From: Vicugna vicugna
Lineage: Eukaryota
NCBI GenBank assembly: GCA_013265495.1
Contig: MU062417.1
Span: forward strand, 4,712,001-4,776,000
Direction: 5' to 3'
DNA: 64,000 nt
The position numbers and the translations under genes were made by a program. The notes under the pieces were generated by a model. The model did no database searches. It was not told the DNA's origin and saw only the letters and a program-made list of their open reading frames with translations. Positions 12,480 through 24,069 of this stretch are shown in pieces; position 1 is the stretch's first letter; each line of letters opens with the position of its first letter.

Positions 12480-13330
12480 CAATTATAAGCAAAGTCAAAA
12501 GGTAAATGACAAACTGGTGGAAATGTCTGCAAATCATACCATAGCCAAGGGGCTAATCTCTTCCATACAGAAAGAGTTCCAGAAAATCTATGAGGAAAAA
12601 AAATGCAAATCAGGTAAGAATTATGAACATACAGTTCTTAGAAAAAAAATACAAACAGCTCTTGAATATATAAAAGTTGCTCAATCTCATAACAAAAGAA
12701 ATGCAATTTAAAATAGTAACTTAACACAAGTGACCTATCAGATTGACAACACTCAGGAAGTTTTACAACAGTGTTAGTGTTTGGGTGGGGGAGAAATTAC
12801 ATAAATATAAACACACTATACCTTCCCTTGCTTACTCGTAAATGAATGGACTATCTTTTGAGTGAATATGTAAAAATCTGGTAACACTGGTAAACAGGGT
12901 CAACTGTGTGGTGAGGCGACATAGTTGAGAAGGGAGTGTTATATACACATCTGTATTTTTCAAATTTTTGATCTTTGTGAACCAATTATCCACATAAAGA
13001 AATCAGGAGTGAATCTGATCATTTATCATTTGACTTGGGAGATTTTCCACAATATATTGAGGGAAGAGAGATGCAGAAAATTGTGTATTGTATGCTCTTG
13101 TCTTTATAAAGAAAACACCACCAAAGAAAATCCCTACATGTAGTCATATATGGAGAGATATCTGGTATATGTACTTTTTACCATTATACCATGTAATACG
13201 GTATGTTAGATTGTATATGACTCTATGAGCATGGCAAGATATGGAAGGTCCTGTGATTGTTAACAGTGGTTGTTTGCAGAATCTGGTGGAGGAAGAGAGG
13301 GAGGTAAATGAAAAGACGAATTCCGAATAT
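12480..13330 (+). mobile_element. Ancient L1ME-like fragments
   Basis: Degenerate ORF2-end text (gcaaatcataccatagccaaggggctaatctc, gaaatgcaatttaaaatag) plus 3' UTR-like text. Confidence 0.55.
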
Positions 13331-13359
13331 GTCTGACATTTTTGAAAGAAATAACCCTA

Positions 13360-13570
13360 TGTGTGCATGTGTATGTGTATATATATTATAAAATCTATCT
13401 ATATCTATAATAAATATAATCTATATATATCTAAAACATTGAACAAAAAAAGAAACATCACCTGCAAGCCACAAGAAAATGTAACTGTCATGACTCTGTC
13501 CATGAGATAGAACATGAAAGTGTGTGTTCATGTGTGTGTATATATGTATATATGCACACACATATATGTA
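13360..13570. repeat. (TA)n/(TG)n low-complexity tracts
   Basis: gtgtatgtgtatatatattataaaatctatctatatc...; tgtgtgtgtatatatgtatatatgcacaca. Confidence 0.8.
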
Positions 13571-14129
13571 GAAAGATGGTCATGGACTGTTGAGGGTGAT
13601 TGTTTCAGAGATGAAGGATTTGGGGAGATTTTTTGCTTTCTAATATTTAGATGCATTTTAGTTTTTCGATAAAATTGTTTTACTGTGGGAAGGGAAGAAA
13701 CTGAAACAAGAATAATATATATTGTTAAATCATGAGGCTCATTAATTCAAGGCCCGCCCTCCTCTAGAGTCTGAGTTCCAGGTGAATTGCTTTAATCTGT
13801 TCGGAAACTTTGCAGAAGCAATCATCTTGGAAATGAAAAAAGAAGTTGTGATGACAAGGACAGGACTGTGAGTGTGCAATTCTGCTGGTGCCTCTGCTAT
13901 TTTTGCTCATTTGCTCAGATTGGAAGAGAATCTCTTCCACTGGGAGGTGGAAAGGAAGAGGTCGGGGGAGACATCCCTTGGCCTTGTGTTGCTGTATTTT
14001 CTCAAAGCCATGGGGTTAAATGGGGTTACACTGTTCTAAACAAATATCCAGAATCAACATTTGGCTCAATTACAGAATTCAACCTATAAACCTGCAGTCA
14101 CATTTCTATTATTTAATGGTCAACTGTTC

Positions 14130-14570
14130 TCTATGATTGAAAGGTAAATCCCCAATGGTTACTTAAAATGGAGACATACAAAGACAAACCAGACAAGTGG
14201 TGACCAAACGAATACAGAAAAGGCATTATTGATTCCAGACAAAGTAGAATGGAACAGTACGTGGAAAAAAGAAACATCACCTGTGAGCCACAAGAAGCCC
14301 TGACAATCGTGACTTTGTGCATGCACCATCAAAACACAGAAAGCACAAACTGCTAAATCTTCCACTATGACTCTGACTTGATCAAATCCTCCTCATATTT
14401 TTAATACATTCCTCTAAGAAACTGACAAAAAAAAACCCAAACAGGTTGTTGAATATTGTATTTAACTAACTTGATTTTAACAAACACATAAAACTTTGTA
14501 CCCCCAAACAGAGACTACATTCTTTTTGGATGTCCTTGAAACATTTTAAATAGTTGACTAGTTGACTTGG
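14130..14570 (+). mobile_element. Ancient L1 ORF2 endonuclease-region fragment
   Basis: ttccagacaaagtaga, caagaag...acaatc...tgcacc, aacagagactacattctt...gaaacattt resemble L1 ORF2 5' sequence. Confidence 0.5.
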
Positions 14571-14591
14571 CTAATATCTAAAGTATTATCC

Positions 14592-14690
14592 TGTTGTTGG
14601 GGAGGAAGAAATTTTCCTCTCCCCTTCTAGGTTCTTCTGGCTGGTCTAAGAATTAAATTGACATGAGATACATTAACAAGGAGTTCAAGA
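14592..14690 (-). mobile_element. LTR fragment, same family as 37215-37760
   Basis: aaattttcctctccccttctaggttc...aattaaattgaca matches aaatctttcctctaccttcttatg...aattaaattgaca at about 37225-37280. Confidence 0.55.
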
Positions 14691-15989
14691 GTTTCCCACT
14701 AAACTTCCTTATGGCAACTGGTACAGAGCTAGTTCCCACGGCCAATGCTCTGGTAAGCTAGATTCCGTTGAAAAAAAAAATAATAATAGATTATCCCTGC
14801 TTTCACGAGAGACTTGAGCACCTTTTCTCTAAAGGCTTCCTGAAGGAATGTGTTGGAGACACTGACCCTTTAACCTTTATCTAACCCCTTTTCTGTGCCT
14901 CTGCCAGTCTATCCACTCTCCCTCTCCCAGGAAGAGAAGAGGCCCATCCCACTGGTCAGAACACAGGACGTCCACTGGACTACATTTTCCCCATTAGATA
15001 AGGTTCCTTCACCTCAAGATCAGCTCATTCCTCTTGTTTTTGTTCCTGCTACAAAGCCTGCACCTTCCCCTCTTCACCTTCCACTAGGAAGCTAACTCAG
15101 GGCAGGGCTTTCTTTGTTGACAGGTTCTTTTAAGTTCGTGGGGTAAGAAGGACTCAGCTGGGTTGCTGAATTCAGCTCTTAGCTAAGCACCCATTTGCCG
15201 AATTCATATTTCTGATAGTTTTCCAGATACACGTCATCTGCAAGTAATCTGTCCTCCCACTCTCCAAACTGTATACCTCATTTCTCGCACTTGCTAATGA
15301 TACTGGCTAGTGCTTCCAAAATAATGTTAAATAACAAGAACACAGTGGAAATGCATGTTTACTAACACGCTGTTGGTTTATACTTTGGGGAGTATGTACA
15401 AGTGGAATCTGATGCCAGCAAGCCACAGATCAGCCTTGGGGAACCACCAAGCTCTATCATCTTCATCCGTTTATTTCTTCAATCTGGCCTTGAGGCATCC
15501 TGCTATTTCCACACTCCCAACAGAATATGAAGTCAGAAAAATGTCCTAAGATTCTGTGAGCCAGGCTGGACCCCCTTGTTATCAACGGGGTGGGGAGTCT
15601 CAGCTGTGGAATGTGCTGGTACATTCTTTGGTTAGAGCCCTAATCACTTGGGCTTAGGCTGTTTAAGACTGAGTTCTCCTAGCCTCAGAGCCATCATCAC
15701 TCCATCCAGTGCTTGGCACAGAGTCGACTCACAGATGCAGGACCCTCCCTGTCTCTCATCATTCAATTCTTCCTGTCACTGTCTCTGACTGGAGAAATCA
15801 GGTACTCAGAGATTCATACCAGCCTTCTGTCACCTTGAGTGGGGTTGGGGAGCAAAGATGGGCTCGCAGATCTGATCAGCCTGTCTCCACTGTAGGTGTT
15901 CCTCGGGGCACAAGATTATCAAATGACCCAGATCAACCAAGGTAACACAGCAGCACAGTTTTTACAGGAAAGGAGAAGTCAAGCCAGAG

Positions 15990-18900
15990 GTGGTTGAAAA
16001 TGTATTTATTTTTCTTCAAATGCTTTTTTTCAAGCAATAAATAAAAACAGACATGTTGACTTTTCTAAAAAACAAAACCAAACCAAAATATCCCCTACTA
16101 TATACATCCTACAGAAATACAAGCATATCAAATGTAGAAATGACATCACTCTGAAAGATGGGGCTATTTACAGAAGTTACAAGTATTGCATTGCTGTCTT
16201 GAAGAAGCCTCTTTCTCACATGACTCAGAAACTCCAAGGAAGGGCACAGTTCCCCCGGGGGGAGGAGGGTACCTTCAAAGAGGTGGCACTCTCCATTCTG
16301 CTTGACGGACAAGGGAATTTCAAGGCAAATCATCGACATCCAGATACTGTGTTCAGGTCCTAACAATGTTCCACAGACCAGCTGACTCTGAAGGAGCGTG
16401 AAAGGGTGCCTTGTCCAGGAGTTCACATGCCCCTTGAGCACTTGACAGAAACCACCTTGTCCCTCAGCTGAGCCGGTGACAAACACCTGGCTATGGTTTC
16501 TGCGAGAAAAGCTAGCTCTGTGTTATCAAGACCTGGCCTCCAAGAGCACCTTGCCATCCAGAAAGCAGTTTTCCAACTTGGTTACACAGGGAAAGCTCTT
16601 GGGGAGCTTCTGAAACACTGATGCCTGGGTCCCTCCTCCAGAACCCCGGGTGGTACTTGGTCTGGGCTGGCCTGGTAGCAGCGTTTCAAAGCCCCCCAGC
16701 TGAGACTGCTGGGCAGCCAAGGCGAACCTTCACTTTGCTAACTAAGGGCTTGGTGCCCAACCTCCAGCCTAAGGGCCCCTTTCCCTCACATATTAATTAC
16801 CCGTCCCACCGCCCTCTGTCCATCTTCCAAGGATTTTACATTTTTTCTCATGACTTCCCAACGTTGTGGAAACCTCTCTGAAATCAGGCTGGAATGGGCA
16901 CCTGAGGAAAATGGCCTCTGGAGGCAAAGACCGAGGCTGGGAGCTCCTGGCCAGCAGCTCAGCTGAATACTGGCCTGGGGGAGGAAGGCCCATTCCCCAC
17001 GGCTCCTCCAACACCCTTGGTACACAAGATGCCGGGAGGGAACTGGCAGTGTCCTTCCGTCTCTGCAGAAGATCCAGTGGGTCTATGGCCTTTTGGAGTC
17101 AATAGCACAGCTTTAATCAGTGAGAGGGGCAATTGTTTCTGGTCATTACAGAAATTTTGCATCATCAGAGATCACTACATGGGAGAGATGCCTGTTGAGA
17201 CCCATCGGCCACTGGGACTGACCCTGCGGTGCTGTCTTCATCAGAGCTAGCCAAGCCACCCAAGGGGCTTCTGATGGGAGAATAGGGACCTTAACTCCCC
17301 ATTTCCAATCAAGCCAGTTTCCTATTTTCTTTCTAAGAGTTTTAAGACTCACGTTGCTATCAAGTACAAAGAAAACAGCTTTATAAACAGTGGTTTGACA
17401 TTGCTGACAGAAGACTTGGATTGGAAAGCAGGGAAAAGACATGGCTGGGGTGGGTCCTGGGCTCCGACTGTCTGGCAAAGCAGGATACACAGGTTTTGGC
17501 AAATGCACACTCGTTCTGTAGAAAGTGAATCTGTTCTAAGCCACCTCTCCCCTCCTCAAGCACCCCCTCCTCGGGTCCACTGTTTGTTGAACCCCTGCTA
17601 TTCCAGCTGTCGAACCCACTTGACCTCATTCATCACAAAACATGAAGCAACGTCCAGGAATCGAGAAAAAGTGGAAACGTCTCTAAACAGGTCTGTTGTC
17701 CAGGAACCCCAATACTCCCCTCCCCCCGCCAATGATTCAGCCAAACAGCTCCCAGGGAAGGAGGGAGCCTCGTCCTTTTCTGAAAACAGGAATCGGGAAC
17801 TCTGGTCACACCCACAACAGGGCTTGACAAAGGCAGGACAAACGATGCCAACGGGCTCATGTTTATGGAAGGAAATGTCACGAATCTGGTCCTGTCGGGG
17901 TGCAGGGATGAAAAGGGGCATCCCAAAACTGTTCTGACACTGAGGCTTGAAGTTACGGTTGAGCAAGAATGTTCATCACTTAGATCCTCAGAGGGAGAAA
18001 ACAAAACAAAACAAAAAGCCAAACCAAACCAAACAAAAACATGCTCCTGTTTCTAGACAAATTTGCAATTACATCTAATCTGACACTCCACAGCAACATT
18101 GTCCGCAATACTACAAATTAAATAACACGAGGTTTGTCCCCCCCCCAAGCCCAACCCACCTCTTTCTTTCTCCAAAGGCCATTCCCCCCTTTGGAATGGC
18201 CCCTGAAAATGGCATTATCCCAAGAAAGAATTCTAGAATGGCACCTGAGTGCGCCCCGGGTCCCCGTCACAGGAGCCGAGCAGCCAGCTCCCAGGCAGAA
18301 TCTGCCTGAGTCCCCACTCACCCTCTCTTGCCGTCCTAGACTTCCACGGGGCCTGAAATAGGGTGTCCATTCCCCTTTTTATTCAAGATGTCTTTGAAAA
18401 ATATCCACCTAAACCAGGAATTTTAAGAATGCAAGAATTTGTTGGTGTACTTCATTCCAAGAAAACCCTCTAAAATTAAAAATTCTGATTTATGCAAAAG
18501 AGAAAAAAGACGGTGCTTCCACTTCCAAAAGGCTCCATTTCAGGTCTGTCTCGTCAGAGGGGCTCCCCAGTGGCCTTGCCAAATAACTCACTGCAGAAAA
18601 CTCTTGAATTGCACCCAATTTTTTTTAGGAGCACCTTATATTATATAACATTTCTCACAGATAATATCCAAGTTCTCAGGCAGGTCTATGAGAAAAAAAG
18701 CTCTCACCGCCAAATTGAGCATCAGAAACGGTTATATTCTCATGGTTTCCAATCGCTTCAGTGGTCCCTGTGCCTAAGAACCAACTTCCAAAGAACAGTG
18801 CACACTCCATGTTGGCGGAAGCCGCCTCCGCGGATGTGCGCATAGGCGGACTCAGTGTCCCGGATGGAGGGAAGGGGCGCGGCCACCAGCCGCGCACGAA

Positions 18901-19707
18901 CACTGAAGGACGTCCTGATTAAAAAGAAGTCCCATCCTTTCTTCCTCCGCCCACCTCACCCTCCTAGCTTCTCTGCGAATGCAAGTTGGTCACCATGCTG
19001 ACTTGTACACACCACTTCCTAACTGCTTTGACATCTGCATGCTACTGTGCTCCGCGGATCCACATCAACATAAATATTTCTAAATTCACTGTCACTAGAA
19101 TTTTTGTACTTACATACTCTGAGGAAATTCTTAATAAATACTTTGATTATTAAGCATGATTATTCACCTGTTGGTGACTTAGAAAGGAAAACCAGGTCCT
19201 AAAAAGATTTCTTAAAAAAAGAAAAAAATCCTGTAGCTACCACGACGACAAAAGGACCAAGCACACAGAACCAGGCACTTCTGGCAAACTTGTTATCGTC
19301 TGGTCCCTTTCCCTTCCCTCCCTCCCTCCCCCCTTAATAAAATTGAGTGGGCACATTTGCCAGGATCTGTGGGTTTCATAACTTCAAGCCTTACTGCTTA
19401 AAAAAATGAGGTAAGAAATTCCTATCTGAAAAGTAAAACTGACACACAAACCAAACCCAGGTCTTCCCTGCTTGCTGAGGAAGCCGTTATTGCTCTAAGT
19501 TGGAGTGTTTTGTTTGTTTGCGTTAAATATGTATTCGCGGTCCTTATTGCCCTTCTCGCGGGGCCCCGCGGCTGGCCCAGGAGAAATGCATGGAAGGAGC
19601 TGGGTCGCCTGCCCCCTGCTGGTCAGTCCTGACTCGCTGCCCACACAGGGGCCCACCCCACCTGGCTGAGAGCCGACTGGTTTGGGTCTGGGGGCGTTCC
19701 GAGGACT
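15990..19707 (-). other. DUSP4: DUSP4 3' UTR (about 3.7 kb)
   Basis: Largely repeat-free sequence between the TAG stop and the distal PAS; consistent with the known long DUSP4 mRNA. Confidence 0.7.
16005..16010 (-). terminator. DUSP4: DUSP4 distal polyadenylation signal AATAAA
   Basis: Plus-strand TTTATT. On the minus strand it has upstream UGUA elements and downstream pyrimidine- and GU-rich sequence (ctctggcttgacttctcctttcctgt...tgtgctgctgtgtt). Cleavage inferred near 15985-15995. Confidence 0.7.
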
Positions 19708-20093
19708 CTAACAGCTGGGGGAGGTGGTGATGGGGCTGTGCAGGTACGGCAGGCTGCTGGGGGCCGGGTGCACCCCAACGGAGACCGGGAAGCTGAATAC
19801 GAACTGCGAGGTGGGGGTGGGAGTGGCCTTGCCCCGCTCGCGCAGGGGGCCCGACGGGCTGGCGGCCTCCACCGCGCAGGACGTGGCCAGCACCTGCGAC
19901 TCGAACTGCAGCAGCTGACCCATGAAGCTGAAGTTGGGTGAGATGATGCTCCGNNNNNNNNNNNNNNNNNNNNNNNNNNNNNNNNNNNNNNNNNNNNNNN
20001 NNNNNNNNNNNNNNNNNNNNNNNNNNNNNNNNNNNNNNNNNNNNNNNNNNNNNNNNNNNNNNNNNNNNNNNNNNNNNNNNNNNNNCACCGCAT
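19708..20093 (-). CDS. DUSP4: DUSP4 coding exon 4 (catalytic domain end and C-tail)
   Basis: Acceptor ccccag|AT GCG GTG (DAV), then 132 N, then RSIISPNFSFMGQLLQFESQVLATSCAVEAASPSGPLRERGKATPTPTSQFVFSFPVSVGVHPAPSSLPYLHSPITTSPSC and TAG (19710-19708). 386 nt. Confidence 0.97.
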
Positions 20094-20721
20094 CTGGGGC
20101 AGAGAGCAGTGCGCAGTCAGTGCAGTCAGTGCCCGCCTCCACCGATGGTGGGGGCAGGTGGCCTCAGCCAAAACGAGGGTGTGGCGGGAAGGATCTGAGA
20201 AATGTGGGCTAGGGCCCTCCTGCTGACCCACTGAAGGAAGAAACCCATGTGGGAGGGGCACCGGAATTCCACCCATTCTGAGGTAGTTTTGAGACTTAAC
20301 CAAACAAATGTACTATGCTTAGGAAATGTGCATAGCTAAAGCCAGTTACATCCCAACATACACGGAAGTGTTTTCATTTGCAGAAATGAAAACAATGGCC
20401 CAATTCTCCCTTTGTCTTCCTCCCTATCCCCAAATTATCCTCTGCCCTGGAGACGAGGAAAACGCCATTGGCTCTCTTAACTAAGGGCACCTGCTGTTCA
20501 CCTAAGTCCTGCTGTTCGTGTAAGCCCGTCTTCCTATCTCTGCCCCATGCAACAGCCGACGGGCAAGTCTTCCTACTAAGGAAGAGGGGAAACGGGCCTG
20601 GATACAGCCCTTCCTAAATCCCTGCTTCCACACACCAGTTACCAGCGACTCGCTCTCCCCTCCCATCCTCCCTGGCCCCCTAACCGGCCTTGGACCCTGC
20701 ACCCTGCCAGAGCCAGCCTAC

Positions 20722-20941
20722 CGATGTACTCAATGGCCTCCATGAACCAGGAGCTGATGTCCGCCTTGTGGTTGTCCTCCACCGGGATGCACTTGTACTG
20801 ATAGTGTCCTTCAAAGTGGTTCGGGCAGTCGGAGGAGACGTTCAGCAGGGCGGTGATGCCCAGGGCGTCCAACATGTCTCTCCGGGCAGCATGGTAGGCA
20901 CTGCCGAGGTAGAGGAAGGGAAGGATCTCCACGGGGCCCCC
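20722..20941 (-). CDS. DUSP4: DUSP4 coding exon 3
   Basis: GGPVEILPFLYLGSAYHAARRDMLDALGITALLNVSSDCPNHFEGHYQYKCIPVEDNHKADISSWFMEAIEYI; tgcag| acceptor and G|gtagg donor; 220 nt. Confidence 0.98.
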
Positions 20942-21948
20942 CTGCACCAGAAAGGGAAAACACAGACCCCCCCCAACATCATGAGTGGAACAACCAGGAA
21001 GAAGGCTGGGGGACGTGATGCAGGAAAGGGAAGGCAGTCTCAGTTGGTCTTTCCCAGGCCCTGGGGAGACTGCCTGTGGACACCACCCCTTCAGGTTTCC
21101 CCGTGTCCTGCTGGAGCTCCTGGACGGAGTGATGGGCTCAGTGGGACTTCTCTGGCTGAGAGCTCAGCTCTGCACAGCAGGTGTAGGCCTTATGGGCCCC
21201 GCCTGCTGGTTCATGCAGCCCGCCTACCTTCCCCGTGGCCAGTGAAGCAGCAGACGACGCTGGCCTCGTCCCACTGTTTGTGACACAAAGAGCTTCCACC
21301 TGCTATCACTGAGCTATTTGTGGTGTGGCTTGGGTTCTTACTTGGTTGGCTACGTCTCTACTTAGCATATCACAAACAGGTGCCATGGTGGCCTCACAGA
21401 CAAGAGAAGGGATCCTGGCAAAATGAGGTCACGTTGGCTTAACTAATGACACTTCTGAGTCAGATCAACACAAGTGATCTGGGATTTGGGGAGCAGAGTT
21501 GCTGGACCCCATAAATCCACTTTCTCCATCTAAAGGAAAGGACTGGAAGGGGTGGACTTAGAAGTAATGTCCTGGCGCCAGCTGGTTTTTTTCGGAGGAG
21601 AGTTGCCTGACCATTTACGTCCATTTAGCATTTATGACTGGCTTGTATGTAGGGTGCACAGCCTGACTGCTGGGAACTGGGGCTGAGGTCTCAGCTGCCT
21701 GCAGAGCAGCTCACACACTACTGGCCTCACTCATCTGCCCAAAGCTCTAGAGGCTAAACCAGGGACTTGTGTCTTTATATTTGTTTCTTCAGTAAAGGAA
21801 ATAATGGAAGGAAGGGGAAGAATTTCAGGGAAGGATGGGCTCTACCTAACATCGCACCCCAATACTAAGGGCTCAGCACACTGTCCCCAAATTGAGGCAC
21901 CACGTCCAAAGCCTTTAACAAGCAGAACTCTGAACAGAAGCCCCGCAC

Positions 21949-22094
21949 CTGGTCGTGCAGTGGGGTTCCGCAGGAGCTGCAGCCCAGGTCCAAGGACTCA
22001 GCCGTACTTGGGGGCACAGCAGCTGGGATGGCTGCCAGGGCCTTGGTTTTGGAACAGAATTCTGGGTACTCGGAGGAAAACCTCTCATAGCCAC
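21949..22094 (-). CDS. DUSP4: DUSP4 coding exon 2
   Basis: (G)GYERFSSEYPEFCSKTKALAAIPAAVPPSTAESLDLGCSSCGTPLHDQ; ctcctttacag| acceptor and CAG|gtgcgg donor; 146 nt. Confidence 0.97.
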
Positions 22095-22216
22095 CTGTAA
22101 AGGAGAAAGATGTTCAGGTTAATGGGGTCACTGCGCCAGCAGGAAACCAGAAAGAACTTGAATCCTATCCTGATTGCGGAGCGCCATTGGGAAGCTGGGG
22201 CTGGTTGCACCCATAT

Positions 22217-22235
22217 TTGCCACTGGGTGGCGCTG
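22217..22235 (+). promoter_or_regulatory. Candidate CTCF site in intron 1 next to exon 2
   Basis: TTGCCACTGGGTGGCGCTG versus consensus TGGCCACCAGGGGGCGCTA; the main deviation is A>G at the conserved core A. Confidence 0.45.
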
Positions 22236-24069
22236 TGGGCTCAGAGATAAGGGCTATGGCGACTGTCAGAGACGCAGAGACTATATTCTACTCAGACTGC
22301 ATCCTGATGGCTAGAAGGAAAGCTTTAGGAACAAGCCTTCGGTTTGGGATGCATATACACAAAGGAGGATGTGCAGGGGGGAATGCAGAAGGGAAGCTTT
22401 TCTTAGGATGACGACAAAGCATGGAAGAAAGAATAGCTGCTGGGGGTTTCCACAAGTACTAAGGCAGCCAGCAGCCTTGGGACCTACAAAGATGTCTGTC
22501 ATCCTCCAACTCCAGCCCTTCCAGAGGTTCTCCAGTGTGGGAGAAAATAAAAAAAACTATGACCCTGGCACCAGCCCTTCTGGATCTCAGCAACAGAACA
22601 GATGCCAATCACATGGTCTCACAAGCAGTTGTGCCATCAACAAGGGGCCAAAATGAAAGGAAACAGGCTTAAATCTAAATAAATCCCTTTTGCTACATAC
22701 AGGTTTGGGACAAGGGAGGATTTCCTGACCTGAGAGTTGCTAAGCTCTGGAATGGTCATCTGTGGGATCATCTTCCGTGGAAGGGAGGTGTTTTAAGTAA
22801 AAAAGATAAACGGCCAATTTCTCTGGAACAGTGTTAGTACCACGCAGGAAAATGCCGGCTGGGCAGGGGTGGGCAGAGATGCAGGCGGAGGCGGGAAGGG
22901 AAACACACCAAGAGGGACATTCAGCCTGTACCTCTGATTTTCTTGTGATCTCTGGAATCCTGCTCTGCAGGAAACTAATCATCTACTGTCAAGGTTTGGC
23001 CCTTCTTGTGTTTTTATTTTTCAGTTTCCATAGGACCAGAAACGGATTATAAATTAATCCAGTTGGGTCTGCAGGTTGCAGAACAACCACACAAATGGAC
23101 CCATTCAACTGACGGTCACGGAGGTCACTAGCACCAAAAATTTTTATGACTGAGTGACAGGGTGGGTGCACTGTTCCCTATCACCATTCATAGCAATTTT
23201 CCAACATGTCGACATGTGACAATTACTTGCCCCGAATCCCAGCCCTAGAAACTACTGCTTCAGAGAGGAAGGAAAATGATCGTTTGCCACATCATAAGGC
23301 TAACAGAAACAGGGCAGACATTTTTTCCCCTCTGACCAGAGGCTCTACTCCCCCCACCGCTCCCTCTCTCAGGATATAAATGGACATCTCCCTGGTCACA
23401 GGCCTGTGCTCCTGCTGAGTCATAATGACCAGCCTCCCTGGAGGGAAAAACCTGCTGGAGGGGCCAGTACTACCTGCTTCAGATGTGTTGGTGGCCTTAG
23501 TGGACTTTGTGTCACAGGAGCACCCCTGCCTTCCATCACCCCCATCTGTCCCCTTTCCCTGCCAGGCTGCAAACACTGCTGTCCCAAATGCAGTGCATGG
23601 GGGAAGAAGAGCCAGCAAGTGCCTGGAGCTGAAGTCCCCACGATAGGCCTCTGGGATGGGGAACTTTGGGAAGGGCTTCCCTTTGGAGAAAGTAGAAGGA
23701 GAAATGGGTTCATCAGCAAATCGAAAAGCCATCCCTTGTTATGCTATATACTTCTAGAGATTTGAAATATTTTCAGTAAAATAATCTGTGTATTTATTAC
23801 ATCATTTGAGCTATTAAAATACATTTTTTCAAAGAGCTGTAAGACATGAATGGTACCCTCCAATGGCTCATCACCTGGACAGGCGGGCCAGCAGCCAGGC
23901 TCCAAGGTCACAGAGGAAAAGAAGCCCTGAGGGCGGCAGGAGCCGGGAGCCTCAGAGTGGTCAAGAGAATGTTCTGCCCATTGCTGAGAAGGTACAGGAC
24001 AGGGCACCAGACTCAAGTTCCAGAAGAGCCCAGCTTTTGCGGTCAGACTTGCAGGTCCAGGCGAAAGCC

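Noticed and set aside
20690-21283. 197-aa plus-strand ORF
   Set aside because: Shadow ORF antisense to DUSP4 exon 3.
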